Assembly: GCA_050173015.1 (NCBI GenBank)
Contig: JBFXLE010000020.1
Coordinates: 1 to 64,000, forward strand
Source of the DNA: Calditrichaceae bacterium
GTDB lineage: Bacteria > Calditrichota > Calditrichia > Calditrichales > JBFXGD01
Direction: 5' to 3'
Length of the DNA stretch: 64,000 nucleotides
The notes below the pieces were generated by a model. It saw nothing but the letters and a program-made list of their open reading frames with translations, was not told the origin of the DNA and made no database searches. Positions 1 to 10,354 of the stretch are shown in pieces. Made by a program: the position numbers and the translations under genes. Each line of letters starts with the position of its first letter. Position 1 is the stretch's first letter.

Positions 1-112
1 AACGCAGACATACATCTTGTCCTTCCATAAAGATCCCTTTCTTTGTTTAGAGTAGCACCCTTTGGGCAAGGGTAATAAATTAACACTTTTTTGTCAATTT
101 ATTCAGGACAAG

Positions 113-143
113 TCACTTCCTACTTCTCACTTCTCTTCTTCCT
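113..143 (-). repeat. short GAAGTRR heptamer tract
   Basis: reverse complement reads gaagtga gaagtag gaagtga; same unit as tract at 10182-10265. Confidence 0.55.
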
Positions 144-209
144 GCGTCTTTTTTGGATCTTACCCGTCTATACGTATAGATGACAACAATAAGAAAGGAG
201 TTTACAGAT

Positions 210-998
210 ATGAGTGAACAAAGTAATGACAAAGTCAGGCAGGCGGTCAGGGATAATTATGGAAATATCGCCTCGTCCTGCTGCGCTCCCTCATCCTGCT
301 GTTCGCCGGCGGATGACAAATCACTGACAAGAGATAATTCTGAGCAGCTTGGTTATTCTGCTGAAGAACTGGCCATGCTGCCGGAAGGCGCGGATCTGGG
401 ACTGGGCTGCGGAAATCCGCAGGCAATCGCCGCTCTCAAGCCGGGTGAAACAGTTGTTGACCTGGGCAGCGGCGCGGGGATCGACTGTTTTCTTGCCGCC
501 GGAGCGGTTGGTACCACGGGTTATGTGATCGGCGTGGATATGACCCCGGAAATGATCAGCAAGGCCCGGGAAAATGCTGAAAAGATCAAAGCCGGAAATG
601 TAGTGTTTCGTCTGGGTGAAATCGAAAATCTTCCGGTGGCTGATCAGACCGTGGATGTGATCATCTCCAACTGCGTCATCAATTTATCCCCGGATAAACA
701 GCGTGTGTTTAATGAAGCATTCCGTATTCTCAAACCGGGCGGTCGTCTGGCTGTTTCGGATATTGTGGCGACGGCTCCGCTTCCCGACTCAATCAAATCG
801 GATCTCGCTGTGTACACGGGTTGCATATCGGGCGCGGCCTTTATAGATGATCTGAGAAATATGATCGCGGAAGCCGGGTTTTTAAATATCCGTATCGGGC
901 CAAAAGACGAGAGCAAATCATTTATCCGGGAATGGGTTCCGGGAAAAGAAATTGAAGATTTTGTGGTCTCAGCAACGATTGAAGCCATAAAGCCTTAG
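210..998 (+). CDS. arsM: arsenite S-adenosylmethionine methyltransferase
   Basis: [23 protein letters not shown] motif, ISNCVINL and GCISGA cysteines, N-terminal CC pairs; ATG 210 follows AAGGAG. Confidence 0.9.
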   Translation: MSEQSNDKVRQAVRDNYGNIASSCCAPSSCCSPADDKSLTRDNSEQLGYSAEELAMLPEGADLGLGCGNPQAIAALKPGETVVDLGSGAGIDCFLAAGAVGTTGYVIGVDMTPEMISKARENAEKIKAGNVVFRLGEIENLPVADQTVDVIISNCVINLSPDKQRVFNEAFRILKPGGRLAVSDIVATAPLPDSIKSDLAVYTGCISGAAFIDDLRNMIAEAGFLNIRIGPKDESKSFIREWVPGKEIEDFVVSATIEAIKP

Positions 999-1225
999 CA
1001 ATTTAACTGGTCAGAAACTGACCACCCTGATGTAATAATTCATGTGCTCATATAAGGAGTCGAATCTCTCTGATGTGATAACTCCATGGAATTAAGGGAT
1101 TGGAATCGGGATCAAGGATGATTCCCTTTTTCAATCCTGTTTTTATTTTTAACCCCTTCTTTTAATTTTTTGTGAAACTTTTTTAACTTTCTTCTCTATA
1201 TTAATTTTATCAGAAATTTAAAACT

Positions 1226-3868
1226 ATGGAGCCGCCATTGTTTCGCGTTCACACCCGCTTTATGCAATTTACCGCCAGTTGTAAACAGGAAAAAAACCGC
1301 GCTTACCGTTGGCTTTTTTTTATATCCGGGTGGATCATTTCATTTTATGCGTTAACCGGATTGTTTTCAGACGCTTCCGGATTGTGGCCGGCCGCGCTGC
1401 TTATTCACATTTATTTCTGGTACCGGCTCAATAAAGAGATACTAAGTAAGCTTCATCCGCCGGTTGAATTCCTGCTTATAATGATCCTGGTTTTCTACGG
1501 GATCGAATACTTATTGCTGAAAACTGTCACGGCTGAATCAGGACTGTCATTGCATTTTGGCGGCCTTCAAATATTTTTACAAAAATTTGTTCTTGCGGTC
1601 ATTGTTTTATTTTTTGGTTTGCTGATTGTCGAAAACAGACGGAAAGACGAAAGCAAAATTGAAAAAGATGATATACCGGACCCGGATTATTCCGGTATTA
1701 AACAGGGTATATTAATCGGATATATCTTTCTGGGACTGCTTGCTCATTCGATCGTTTTTTATGATCATATCTATTATTTATATCTGTTTCAATTATTGCT
1801 TTTTGCCGTCCTGCTAAAGAGGGCGGTCTGGCTTGAACGTCTTACAAAAATTGAATTATGGATCTATTTTCTGATTTTTCTGTTCCTTTTTGTAGTATTT
1901 CTGGATGATTTTTTGTTCAGGCAGTTAAAATCAGGCATTACCGAAAATGAAATCATCTTTTTCAGTGTCCCTTATTATATCTATCTTCTGATAAGAATAT
2001 ACCTGCTGGCGCTGATCATCAAAATACCGATGGTTTTGGTGTACAATCATGCCGGTTTATCCAGAAAGCTGCAAATCTCAGGGCTGTTCCAGTCCACATT
2101 TCCACAACTTATCCAAATGGTGACACTGCTGACCCTGTTCTATTTTTTTATTTCAGGGTGGCAGGCGCAGAATTTAAGAAAAACCATTCATCACGAAATG
2201 GGTCAGATCGCGAGCGGGAAAATGGCTTCAGGGAAAAATTACCCGATATATTCATTTCCCCGTGTTCCCTCTTCCATCAGTCTGAAGGGGTATCAGACAA
2301 GATCTTTTTCAGTGAGAAATCCCGATACGGGCATATTGTCTTTTACCCCGACAGATACGTCGGGAGGAGGGAATGATTATTTTCTGTATTTCACGTCGTC
2401 TGATACATTTTCCGCGTCATTTCATATGGTAAAGCTGGATACGGCATTTATCAAAAGAATCTCGGAACATATTTCGCTTTTTGCCGGTACGGGGGTTCTG
2501 GCATATGTTTACACTCCGAACCTGTTTCGCGAGACGTTGTATAAATTTGATTTCTGGCAAGGTGACCATGAGATCAAAATTTTTCCTTTCGGGATTCTAT
2601 CCAATAATCTGAATCAGGCGACACGGACTATAATTGATGAAAATGACCGGGATTATGAAACAACGGCATCGGCATTTCATGAAAAGTATTTCCCCCGTCA
2701 TTTTATCATCGGCGAACTTTTTCTGCCGGTCATAGGCATTGACAATGAACAGTCGGCTTACTTTGCGTTTGATATCTATCTCTCCGTGCTGGACAGTCAC
2801 ATCGGAAAAGTGATGGTTCGGATCATATTGCTGTTATTTGGTATCTATTTTCTCTTCAATTCCTTCATCACCCGGCGTGTGATCAAATTTGGCGCGGAGA
2901 TTAACGGTATCATTGTCAGGAAATTTGATCAGCTTAAGACGGGAATTCGTGAAATATCTTCAGGGAATCTTGATTATAAGGTTATTCTTGAAGGTGAAGA
3001 CGAGTTTGTTGAACTGGCGGACCGTTTTAACGGTATGGGATCCAAATTAAAGGAAACCATTGAAACCGCCAGGGAAAAAGACCGTTTGGATCAGGAGCTT
3101 AAAATCGCCCGGGATGTACAACTCAGCCTTCTTCCCAAAAGCCTGCCGGATGTGAAAGGCTATAGGATAGTTGCCGATCTGAAAACCGCTACGGAAGTCG
3201 GCGGTGATTTTTATGATCTTTTATCATTAGACGATCATCATTTTCTCTTCGCCATAGGCGATGTTTCAGGGAAGGGATCATCCGCCGCTTTCTACATGGC
3301 GCAGTTTATAAGTCTTCTGAGGTATTCAGCGCAGTTTACCGTAAAACCGGCGGAGATCGCGCAGCGGCTGAATGAATATTTTGCCAATCATATCAATGAT
3401 AAACAGATTTTTGTCACAGCGGTCATCGGCTTGATCGATTTACAAAATCAAACACTGAGCTTTATTCGGGCGGGCCACACAAAGCCGTATTTAGTGCCTG
3501 CCGGTGAGGACGGGAAAATAGCGGAAATTGATCAGCCGGGTCTCGGTATCGGCCTCACAAACTCAAAGCAGGTTTTTAAAAAATCCATAAAAACGATCGA
3601 TATTACACTCAATACGGATGATATGCTGGTTCTTTACACGGATGGCGTGGTGGAAGCCGCGCGTCCGGATGGAATTTCCGGTAATGAGAATAACAATTTA
3701 ATTTACGGGGATGAGCGGTTCAGGAGAATTCTGGAAGAAATGAGATGCGCGGACGCGGATAAAATTCTCCGGAAAATTATCGATGAGCTGGACAAATTTT
3801 ATGGTGAAAACCAACGTGTGGATGATCATACGATTATGATTATTCAAAAAATTGATCCCTTATCCTAA
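1226..3868 (+). CDS. membrane-bound HAMP + SpoIIE/PP2C-family Ser/Thr phosphatase
   Basis: multiple TM segments, HAMP (DEFVELADRFN), VGGDFYD, GDVSGKG, LYTDGVVEA and DDHT motifs. Confidence 0.88.
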   Translation: MEPPLFRVHTRFMQFTASCKQEKNRAYRWLFFISGWIISFYALTGLFSDASGLWPAALLIHIYFWYRLNKEILSKLHPPVEFLLIMILVFYGIEYLLLKTVTAESGLSLHFGGLQIFLQKFVLAVIVLFFGLLIVENRRKDESKIEKDDIPDPDYSGIKQGILIGYIFLGLLAHSIVFYDHIYYLYLFQLLLFAVLLKRAVWLERLTKIELWIYFLIFLFLFVVFLDDFLFRQLKSGITENEIIFFSVPYYIYLLIRIYLLALIIKIPMVLVYNHAGLSRKLQISGLFQSTFPQLIQMVTLLTLFYFFISGWQAQNLRKTIHHEMGQIASGKMASGKNYPIYSFPRVPSSISLKGYQTRSFSVRNPDTGILSFTPTDTSGGGNDYFLYFTSSDTFSASFHMVKLDTAFIKRISEHISLFAGTGVLAYVYTPNLFRETLYKFDFWQGDHEIKIFPFGILSNNLNQATRTIIDENDRDYETTASAFHEKYFPRHFIIGELFLPVIGIDNEQSAYFAFDIYLSVLDSHIGKVMVRIILLLFGIYFLFNSFITRRVIKFGAEINGIIVRKFDQLKTGIREISSGNLDYKVILEGEDEFVELADRFNGMGSKLKETIETAREKDRLDQELKIARDVQLSLLPKSLPDVKGYRIVADLKTATEVGGDFYDLLSLDDHHFLFAIGDVSGKGSSAAFYMAQFISLLRYSAQFTVKPAEIAQRLNEYFANHINDKQIFVTAVIGLIDLQNQTLSFIRAGHTKPYLVPAGEDGKIAEIDQPGLGIGLTNSKQVFKKSIKTIDITLNTDDMLVLYTDGVVEAARPDGISGNENNNLIYGDERFRRILEEMRCADADKILRKIIDELDKFYGENQRVDDHTIMIIQKIDPLS

Positions 3869-3988
3869 ATAGGTAGGATTAGTTTGATTTTTATATCTTT
3901 TCACTCATCACCCGGAAAGATTATTCATGTAATGCTTTTAGGATGCTTGTCAAATGATGCTGACTTTAAACCGTAGAAAGGTGTGCTA

Positions 3989-4306
3989 ATGGAATGGATT
4001 TTTTTATTTATCGCGGGACTGTTTGAAACCGCCTGGGCCATCAGTATGAAATATTCGGAAGGATTTACCAAATTCTGGCCGACGGTTGTTACCGCCATAA
4101 CAATGCTGATCAGTATCCTGTTTCTGGCAAAAGCGTTAAAAGGTCTTCCGGTCGGAACCGCTTATGCGGTGTGGACAGGGATCGGCGCTGTAGGTACCGT
4201 GATTCTCGGTATCTTATTTTTTAATGAATCGACACATATTTTGCGTTTGTTTTTCATCCTGTTGATCATTTCAGGCATCATCGGTTTGAAAGTTGTATCA
4301 GGTTAA
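3989..4306 (+). CDS. sugE: SMR/DMT small efflux transporter (Gdx/SugE-like)
   Basis: WIFLFIAGLFETAWA with conserved Glu; GTAYAVWTGIG; 4 TM. Confidence 0.8.
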   Translation: MEWIFLFIAGLFETAWAISMKYSEGFTKFWPTVVTAITMLISILFLAKALKGLPVGTAYAVWTGIGAVGTVILGILFFNESTHILRLFFILLIISGIIGLKVVSG

Positions 4307-4328
4307 GAAGCGGTGGTTTTATTGATAA

Positions 4329-5129
4329 TTAATTGGATTTCGCTCCCTCACCGCTAATAAAGATTTCCGCAAAAAAATTCTTCATAGCCTGCCATGATCG
4401 TTTATCGGCTTTTTCGTTATACGCGGCCCCTTTTGAGTTGTCATCGCCCGCGGCGGGATTGGTAAACGCGTGGACCGCGCCCCCGTAAATATCCATCTGC
4501 CAGTCAACACCGGCCTCTCTCATTTCCTTTTGAAACGCTTCAACTTGCGCGGGGGGTACATTCGGGTCATCCCCGCCGTGTAAAACCAGTATCGGACATT
4601 TGATATTATTGGCGTCTTCCGGGTTGGGTGTCGAAAGACCTCCGTGAAAACTGACAACTCCTGATATATTGACGCCTGATCGGGCCAGTTCCAGCGCGAC
4701 GGATCCGCCAAAACAATAACCAATCACAGCAACCCGTGAAGTGTCTGTCAGTTTATGCTCCAGCAGGATTTGCAGCCCTGCTTTGGCCCGGTCCCGCATC
4801 AATTGCCGGTTTTCGTAAAATTTTCCCGCCCAGACCGATGCTTCCGATGCCGATTTCAGCCAAACACCCGCGCCGTACATATCAAGCGCGAAGGCGACAT
4901 AGCCCAATTCCGCCATCTGATCCGCGCGGCGGCGGGCGTATTCATTGAGCCCCCACCATTCATGAATAACAAGGACGGCGGGACGTTTCCCCTCGATCGT
5001 CTTGTCATGCACCATATGACCCCGTAGGGACGTATCACCATGTTTGTAAAGCACCCGCTCGGATACGATGTTTTCCTGAGCGAATGCCGGAATGGAAAGT
5101 ACGATTAAGAATAACAGCAATTTTTTCAT
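4329..5129 (-). CDS. dienelactone hydrolase family protein, secreted
   Basis: HEWWGLN, GYCFGG nucleophile elbow, HGGDD, GAVHAFTNP; signal peptide MKKLLLF. Confidence 0.9.
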   Translation of the reverse strand: MKKLLLFLIVLSIPAFAQENIVSERVLYKHGDTSLRGHMVHDKTIEGKRPAVLVIHEWWGLNEYARRRADQMAELGYVAFALDMYGAGVWLKSASEASVWAGKFYENRQLMRDRAKAGLQILLEHKLTDTSRVAVIGYCFGGSVALELARSGVNISGVVSFHGGLSTPNPEDANNIKCPILVLHGGDDPNVPPAQVEAFQKEMREAGVDWQMDIYGGAVHAFTNPAAGDDNSKGAAYNEKADKRSWQAMKNFFAEIFISGEGAKSN

Positions 5130-5332
5130 AGCCGGCCTCCGATTATATAAAATAATATTTGTATTTTTCAAGGATTAGAACAGAGCGGTTCATCGTTGTT
5201 ATAAGAGCTTATTTGTTTCAATTTATTCCTTGCAAGATTAAATTCAAAGAGCATAAATTTTTTATTCGGGTTTGAAAATAACTAATCCGGCTGTTATTAT
5301 AAGATGAATGTTTAAAACAAAGGAATTTATAA

Positions 5333-6277
5333 ATGCGTATTGCCATCTTCGGGTCCGGAGGTGTTGGCGGTTATTTTGGAGGGCGGTTAGCCGAAGCAGG
5401 TGTTGATGTCACGTTCATCGCCAGGGGCGCCCATCTCGAAACCATGAAAAGGAAGGGCCTGCGGGTGGACAGTATCAAGGGTGATTTTTTAGTTTATCCC
5501 GTGAAGGCGACAGACAATGTGTCGGAAGCGGGTATAATGGATGTGGTTATTTCGTCGGTAAAAGCGTGGCAGGTGGCGGAATCAGCCAGAATGCTTGATC
5601 CTATGGTGGGACCGCATACATTTATCCTTACGCTGCAAAACGGTGTGGACGCGCCGCGGGAATACGTGAAAATTTTTGGCGAGGAAAAAGTCGTGCCGGG
5701 TTTATGTCATATCATCAGCTCAGTTGCCGGGCCCGGACGCGTCAGGCATACCGGAACCGAACCGCGCATTGCCTTTGGTGAATCAGATAATCAAAAAAGC
5801 GCGCGTACCATTGAGCTTCGCGACCTGTTTGAAAAAAGCGGTGTTCATGCCACCATCCCTGATAATATTCAGAAAGCCTTATGGGAGAAATTTCTGTTTA
5901 TCGCCTCACTGAGCGGAATGGGCGCGGTGACAAGGGCGCCGGTGGGTGTGTTGCGAAGTCTGCCGGAAACCAGAAAAATGATGGAGAGCGCCATGCATGA
6001 GATTTATGAACTTGCCCGGGCTTCCGGTGTTGATTTGTCCACTGATGCAGTTCAAAGAACAATGGCTTTTGTGGATAGTCTCCCCGAGTACGGCACGGCA
6101 TCCATGCAGCGGGACATCATGGCCGGCAGGCCATCCGAACTTGAAGCGCAGAACGGAGCGGTAACTCGTCTCGCTGCCGAAAAAAAGCTCCATACACCCG
6201 TGAATGAATTCATATATCAAACACTCCTTCCGTCAGAACTAGTCGCGCGGGGAAAGATCGATTATCCTGTTGAATAG
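5333..6277 (+). CDS. panE: 2-dehydropantoate 2-reductase
   Basis: GSGGVGG Rossmann motif, LQNG, WEKF, SMQRD...SELE. Confidence 0.88.
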   Translation: MRIAIFGSGGVGGYFGGRLAEAGVDVTFIARGAHLETMKRKGLRVDSIKGDFLVYPVKATDNVSEAGIMDVVISSVKAWQVAESARMLDPMVGPHTFILTLQNGVDAPREYVKIFGEEKVVPGLCHIISSVAGPGRVRHTGTEPRIAFGESDNQKSARTIELRDLFEKSGVHATIPDNIQKALWEKFLFIASLSGMGAVTRAPVGVLRSLPETRKMMESAMHEIYELARASGVDLSTDAVQRTMAFVDSLPEYGTASMQRDIMAGRPSELEAQNGAVTRLAAEKKLHTPVNEFIYQTLLPSELVARGKIDYPVE

Positions 6278-6340
6278 GGACGTATAATCAATTCACATAA
6301 GTTAGGCATAATTTATTGATAATAAATCCGGAGATCTATA

Positions 6341-9199
6341 ATGAAACATTTAAAACTGTATTTTGGATCATTGCTGTTATTGTTCCTCCTGTCCTGTACA
6401 GGAGCAAAACAGGAAATTAAACTGATCCCGATTTCGGCGCCTTTGAACCCGGAGGACGTTCTGCCTGTTGATCCGGCCATCATTAAAGGCAAGTTGGATA
6501 ACGGACTGACTTATTATATCCGGAAAAACGCCACGCCGGAATACAGGGCGGAATTGAGACTGGTGGTAAACGCAGGATCAATTCTTGAAGATGATGATCA
6601 GCAGGGGCTGGCGCATTTTGTGGAACACATGGCATTCAACGGAACCGAGAACTTTCAAAAACAGGAACTGGTCAGTTATTTGGAGTCAGTGGGAATGCGT
6701 TTTGGCCCTGAAATTAACGCTTACACCAGTTTTGATGAAACGGTGTACATGCTGCAGTTGCCGACCGACAGTGCGGGCATTGTCGAGACGGGCATTCAGG
6801 TGCTGGAAGACTGGGCGCGCGCGTTATCTTTCGATCATGCGGAAATCGACAAAGAACGCGGGGTTATCATTGAAGAGTGGCGATTGGGAAGAGGAGCCGA
6901 TGCCCGTATGCGTGATAAACAACTGCCGGTTTTATTTAAAGATTCCCGTTACGCGGAGCGTCTTCCAATCGGCCAAAAGGCGTTATTGGACACATTTAAA
7001 TATGAGACCTTAAAGAAGTTTTATAAGGATTGGTACCGGCCGGATCTGATGGCGGTCATTGCTGTCGGTGATTTCGATCCTCAATATATACAGGATTTGA
7101 TCAAAGAGCATTTCGGCGCCATACCTTCCGCGGTAAATCCGAAGAACAGGCCGCTTTATAAAATTCCGGATCATGAACTACCGCGTTACGCCATCGCGTC
7201 TGACCCGGAGGCCACAAGATCGGTTATCAGTATCTATCATAAACTGCCCGTGACAAGAGATGAGACCGTTACCGATTACCGGAACCTTATTATTGAATCC
7301 CTTTACAGCAATATGCTAAATCAGCGGCTGGATGAGTTAACAAGTCAGGCTGATCCGCCTTTCTTTTACGCTATTTCCGGGAAAGGCCGCTTCGTCAGAA
7401 ACGGCGCCTACTTTATTCTTTCGGCGATGGTCAAGGAAAACGGGATTCCGGCGGGCATGAACGCGCTTCTGACAGAAGCGAAACGCGTGCAGGAGTTTGG
7501 TTTTACCGAATCAGAATTTGAGCGTGAAAAAGCCTCGCTGCTGCGGGGTATGGAACAGGCCTATAAGGAGCGGAGCAAGGCTGAATCCGCCGGGTTCGCG
7601 GCGGAATATATCCGCAATTTTCTCGAAGATGAACCGATTCCCGGCATCGTTATTGAGTATGAGATTTACAAAAAATATTTACCCGGTATCAGACTCAAGG
7701 AGGTTGACGCTCTTACTTCAAAGTGGCTGACAGAGAACAACCGTACTATTCTAGTCAATACTCCCGAAAAAGAATCGGTTACTATCCCGAATGAGACCGA
7801 ATTGTCGGCGGTTATCGCCTCCGTCGCGGAAAGCAGTATTGATGCCTATTTGGATGACGCGACTGATGAACCGCTGGTTGATTTTATTCCGGAGGCATCA
7901 CCTGTCATCGAGACAAAATATCACGAAAGTATTGATTTGACCGAGTGGAAACTGAAAAACGGTGTTAAGGTCTTTCTTAAACCGACTGATTTTAAGAATG
8001 ATGATATCCGTTTTACCGCTTTCAGTCCGGGCGGTTTATCAATGATTCCTGATTCTAATTTGGTAGCCGCGAAAACAGCCACCGGCATCGTGGTTGACGG
8101 AGGCGTGGCTCAATTCAGCAAAATCCAGCTGGAAAAAATGCTGGCCGGTAAGGTGGTCAGAATATCTCCGTATATCGGTGAGATTACGGAAGGAATTTCC
8201 GGGCAGGCTTCCCCGCAGGATCTGGAAACATTATTTCAGTTAATGTATCTCTATTTTACGCAACCAAGGGAAGACAGTACCACCTATTCGTCATACAAAG
8301 CGTGGATCGAATCGTATTACCGCAACCGTGACACAAATCCTGAAGCCGCTTTTCAGGATACCGTCACTTCTTTACTCACCGGGAACCATCCCCGTTTCAG
8401 ACCTCTTAACACTTCTAATTTGCGGGAGATGAATCTACATAAGTCAGTCCAAATTTATTCAAACCGGTTTAAAAATGCCGGGGATTTCACATTTTTCTTT
8501 GTGGGGAATTTTGATCCCGAATCCATCCGGCCGCTGATTGAAACATGGATCGGCGGACTCCCGTCAAACAATTCAAAGGAAATTTGGGGTGACCGGACTT
8601 ACCAATATCCTACGGGAATTATAGAAAAAACGCTTTATGGAGGATCCGAACAGAAAAGCCTTAATTCAATCACATTCACCGGCCCTTTTGAGTGGAGTCC
8701 CGAAGAAGAATACAGGGCCGACGCGATGGTTTCAATTCTGAATATCAAGCTGCGTGAGCGCATCCGTGAAGATCTGAGCGGCACTTACGGTGTGCGTGTT
8801 TCAGGAATATTCTCACACTTCCCGGTTGAAAGATACAGAATTAAGATATCGTTTGGCTCAGATCCGGAACGGGTTGAAGAACTTACAAAAGAAATTTTCA
8901 CGGTGATCAGCGATTTAAAAGACAACGGCACGACAAAGGAATATCTTAATAAAGTGAAAGAAATGGATACCAGAGAACTCGAGATCAATCTTAAGGATAA
9001 TGATTATTGGCTCAGATCGTTGGAGTACAGAAATTTTAACGGCATTGATCCGTTGGACATATTAAATACCAGAGACCGAATTGACAGGCTTTCCGTTGGA
9101 GAAGTTCAAAAGGCGGCCAACAGATATCTGAATACCGATAATTATTTCAGAGTGGTGCTTTACCCCGAAAATGTTTCCGCGGTGGAGCTGAATAAATAA
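6341..9199 (+). CDS. M16 family zinc peptidase (PqqL-like), predicted lipoprotein
   Basis: HFVEH inverted zinc motif, NAYTSFDETVY, lipobox LLSC. Confidence 0.9.
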   Translation: MKHLKLYFGSLLLLFLLSCTGAKQEIKLIPISAPLNPEDVLPVDPAIIKGKLDNGLTYYIRKNATPEYRAELRLVVNAGSILEDDDQQGLAHFVEHMAFNGTENFQKQELVSYLESVGMRFGPEINAYTSFDETVYMLQLPTDSAGIVETGIQVLEDWARALSFDHAEIDKERGVIIEEWRLGRGADARMRDKQLPVLFKDSRYAERLPIGQKALLDTFKYETLKKFYKDWYRPDLMAVIAVGDFDPQYIQDLIKEHFGAIPSAVNPKNRPLYKIPDHELPRYAIASDPEATRSVISIYHKLPVTRDETVTDYRNLIIESLYSNMLNQRLDELTSQADPPFFYAISGKGRFVRNGAYFILSAMVKENGIPAGMNALLTEAKRVQEFGFTESEFEREKASLLRGMEQAYKERSKAESAGFAAEYIRNFLEDEPIPGIVIEYEIYKKYLPGIRLKEVDALTSKWLTENNRTILVNTPEKESVTIPNETELSAVIASVAESSIDAYLDDATDEPLVDFIPEASPVIETKYHESIDLTEWKLKNGVKVFLKPTDFKNDDIRFTAFSPGGLSMIPDSNLVAAKTATGIVVDGGVAQFSKIQLEKMLAGKVVRISPYIGEITEGISGQASPQDLETLFQLMYLYFTQPREDSTTYSSYKAWIESYYRNRDTNPEAAFQDTVTSLLTGNHPRFRPLNTSNLREMNLHKSVQIYSNRFKNAGDFTFFFVGNFDPESIRPLIETWIGGLPSNNSKEIWGDRTYQYPTGIIEKTLYGGSEQKSLNSITFTGPFEWSPEEEYRADAMVSILNIKLRERIREDLSGTYGVRVSGIFSHFPVERYRIKISFGSDPERVEELTKEIFTVISDLKDNGTTKEYLNKVKEMDTRELEINLKDNDYWLRSLEYRNFNGIDPLDILNTRDRIDRLSVGEVQKAANRYLNTDNYFRVVLYPENVSAVELNK

Positions 9200-9262
9200 T
9201 GGGTTCAGATTAATCCGTGGGATAGCAAGTGCCTGTCTTCTCAGCGTTTAATAAAATAACAG

Positions 9263-9293
9263 ATGCCTTCCGAATTTTTCGGGAGGCATTTTT
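9263..9293 (+). terminator. intrinsic terminator
   Basis: atgccttccgaa/ttcgggaggcat hairpin followed by T run. Confidence 0.75.
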
Positions 9294-9404
9294 CATAATG
9301 AATTAGTTATATGAAATGTTCGGCTAAAACCGGCTGTTGACCGACAGGTTCGCAGGCAAAAATGAGTTGCTTTTCGTCATTCATTAGAAACGGAGACCTT
9401 TATC

Positions 9405-10169
9405 ATGCATAAGTTAGGCATGGCTTCACAAATTTCCATAGGAACAAAAGATGTTGAACAGTCCTTTAACTTCTATGAAAAATTAGGTTTCGTAAAGAAG
9501 GCCGGCAGCCCGAACCCGAATCCGTGGATGCAGATATCCGACGGAACGCTACTGATCCTTTTGAATCAGGATGACCGTGAATATATAGGATTGAACTATT
9601 TTGACGGCGGTATGGAGAGCAAAGTGGTTGAGCTTGAAAAGTCGGGAATTGAATTTCTTAAAACTTCTGATCATGACGGGAAATTTTTTATGGGCATTTT
9701 TTCGAGCCCGGATAATTTTAAAGTGGGATTGATAAACCGACATCCAAACGGAATGTACATACCGGATGGGTATCATCTGTTTAATTTTCCGAAAAAATAC
9801 TTCTATGAACCGGACAGATATCCAAACAAACAATGCGGTATCTTCGGTGAAGTCTGCCATCCCGTAAAGGATTTGAAATTATCAATGAAATTCTGGGAAG
9901 GTCTGGGATATGAACAGAAAGCCTATAACAAACAGCCATATCCCTGGGCGATTATATCGGATGGGATGAATTATATCGGGCTCCATCAGACACGGGATTT
10001 CAAACAGCCCGCTATCACCTACTACGCGCCGGATGTCCCGAAAAAAGTCAAAGAGTTTGAGAATGCAGGAGTTGACTCCGTGGAATTTTTTGGCGGGATC
10101 TTCGGGAATGATTCAAATGTGATTATCACGACACCCGAAGGGCAAAAATTCTTTCTGTTTAATCTGTAA
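9405..10169 (+). CDS. tandem VOC/glyoxalase-fold protein
   Basis: two repeats of DxxxSxxFYE/WExLG(F/Y) ... PW..ISDG; RBS GGAG. Confidence 0.7.
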   Translation: MHKLGMASQISIGTKDVEQSFNFYEKLGFVKKAGSPNPNPWMQISDGTLLILLNQDDREYIGLNYFDGGMESKVVELEKSGIEFLKTSDHDGKFFMGIFSSPDNFKVGLINRHPNGMYIPDGYHLFNFPKKYFYEPDRYPNKQCGIFGEVCHPVKDLKLSMKFWEGLGYEQKAYNKQPYPWAIISDGMNYIGLHQTRDFKQPAITYYAPDVPKKVKEFENAGVDSVEFFGGIFGNDSNVIITTPEGQKFFLFNL

Positions 10170-10181
10170 AGAAGTAAAGAA

Positions 10182-10300
10182 GAAGTGGGAAGTAAGAATT
10201 AGGAAGTAAGAAGTGGGAAGTAAGAAGTAGGAAGTAAGAAGTAAGAAGTGGGAATTAGGAAATAAGCAGGTTAAGAGTGTTAGAGTTAAGAGTTTTGAGT
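10182..10300 (+). repeat. 12 x GAAGTRR heptamer tract followed by GAGTTAA-like units
   Basis: gaagtgg gaagtaa gaattag gaagtaa ... (10182-10265), then gagtgtta gagttaa gagtttt. Confidence 0.9.
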
Positions 10301-10354
10301 GGGGTGTGTCCCTAAATAAAAACATATACAAATCCGAACTTGTCAGGTGTAAAA

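Noticed and set aside
1-28. Start of a minus-strand gene (MEGQDVCLR...) with possible RBS
   Set aside because: Only nine codons are inside the window, so it cannot be supported.
3869-3988. Guanidine or fluoride riboswitch upstream of the SMR/Gdx gene
   Set aside because: No ykkC, twin ACGR-hairpin or fluoride consensus could be recognised.
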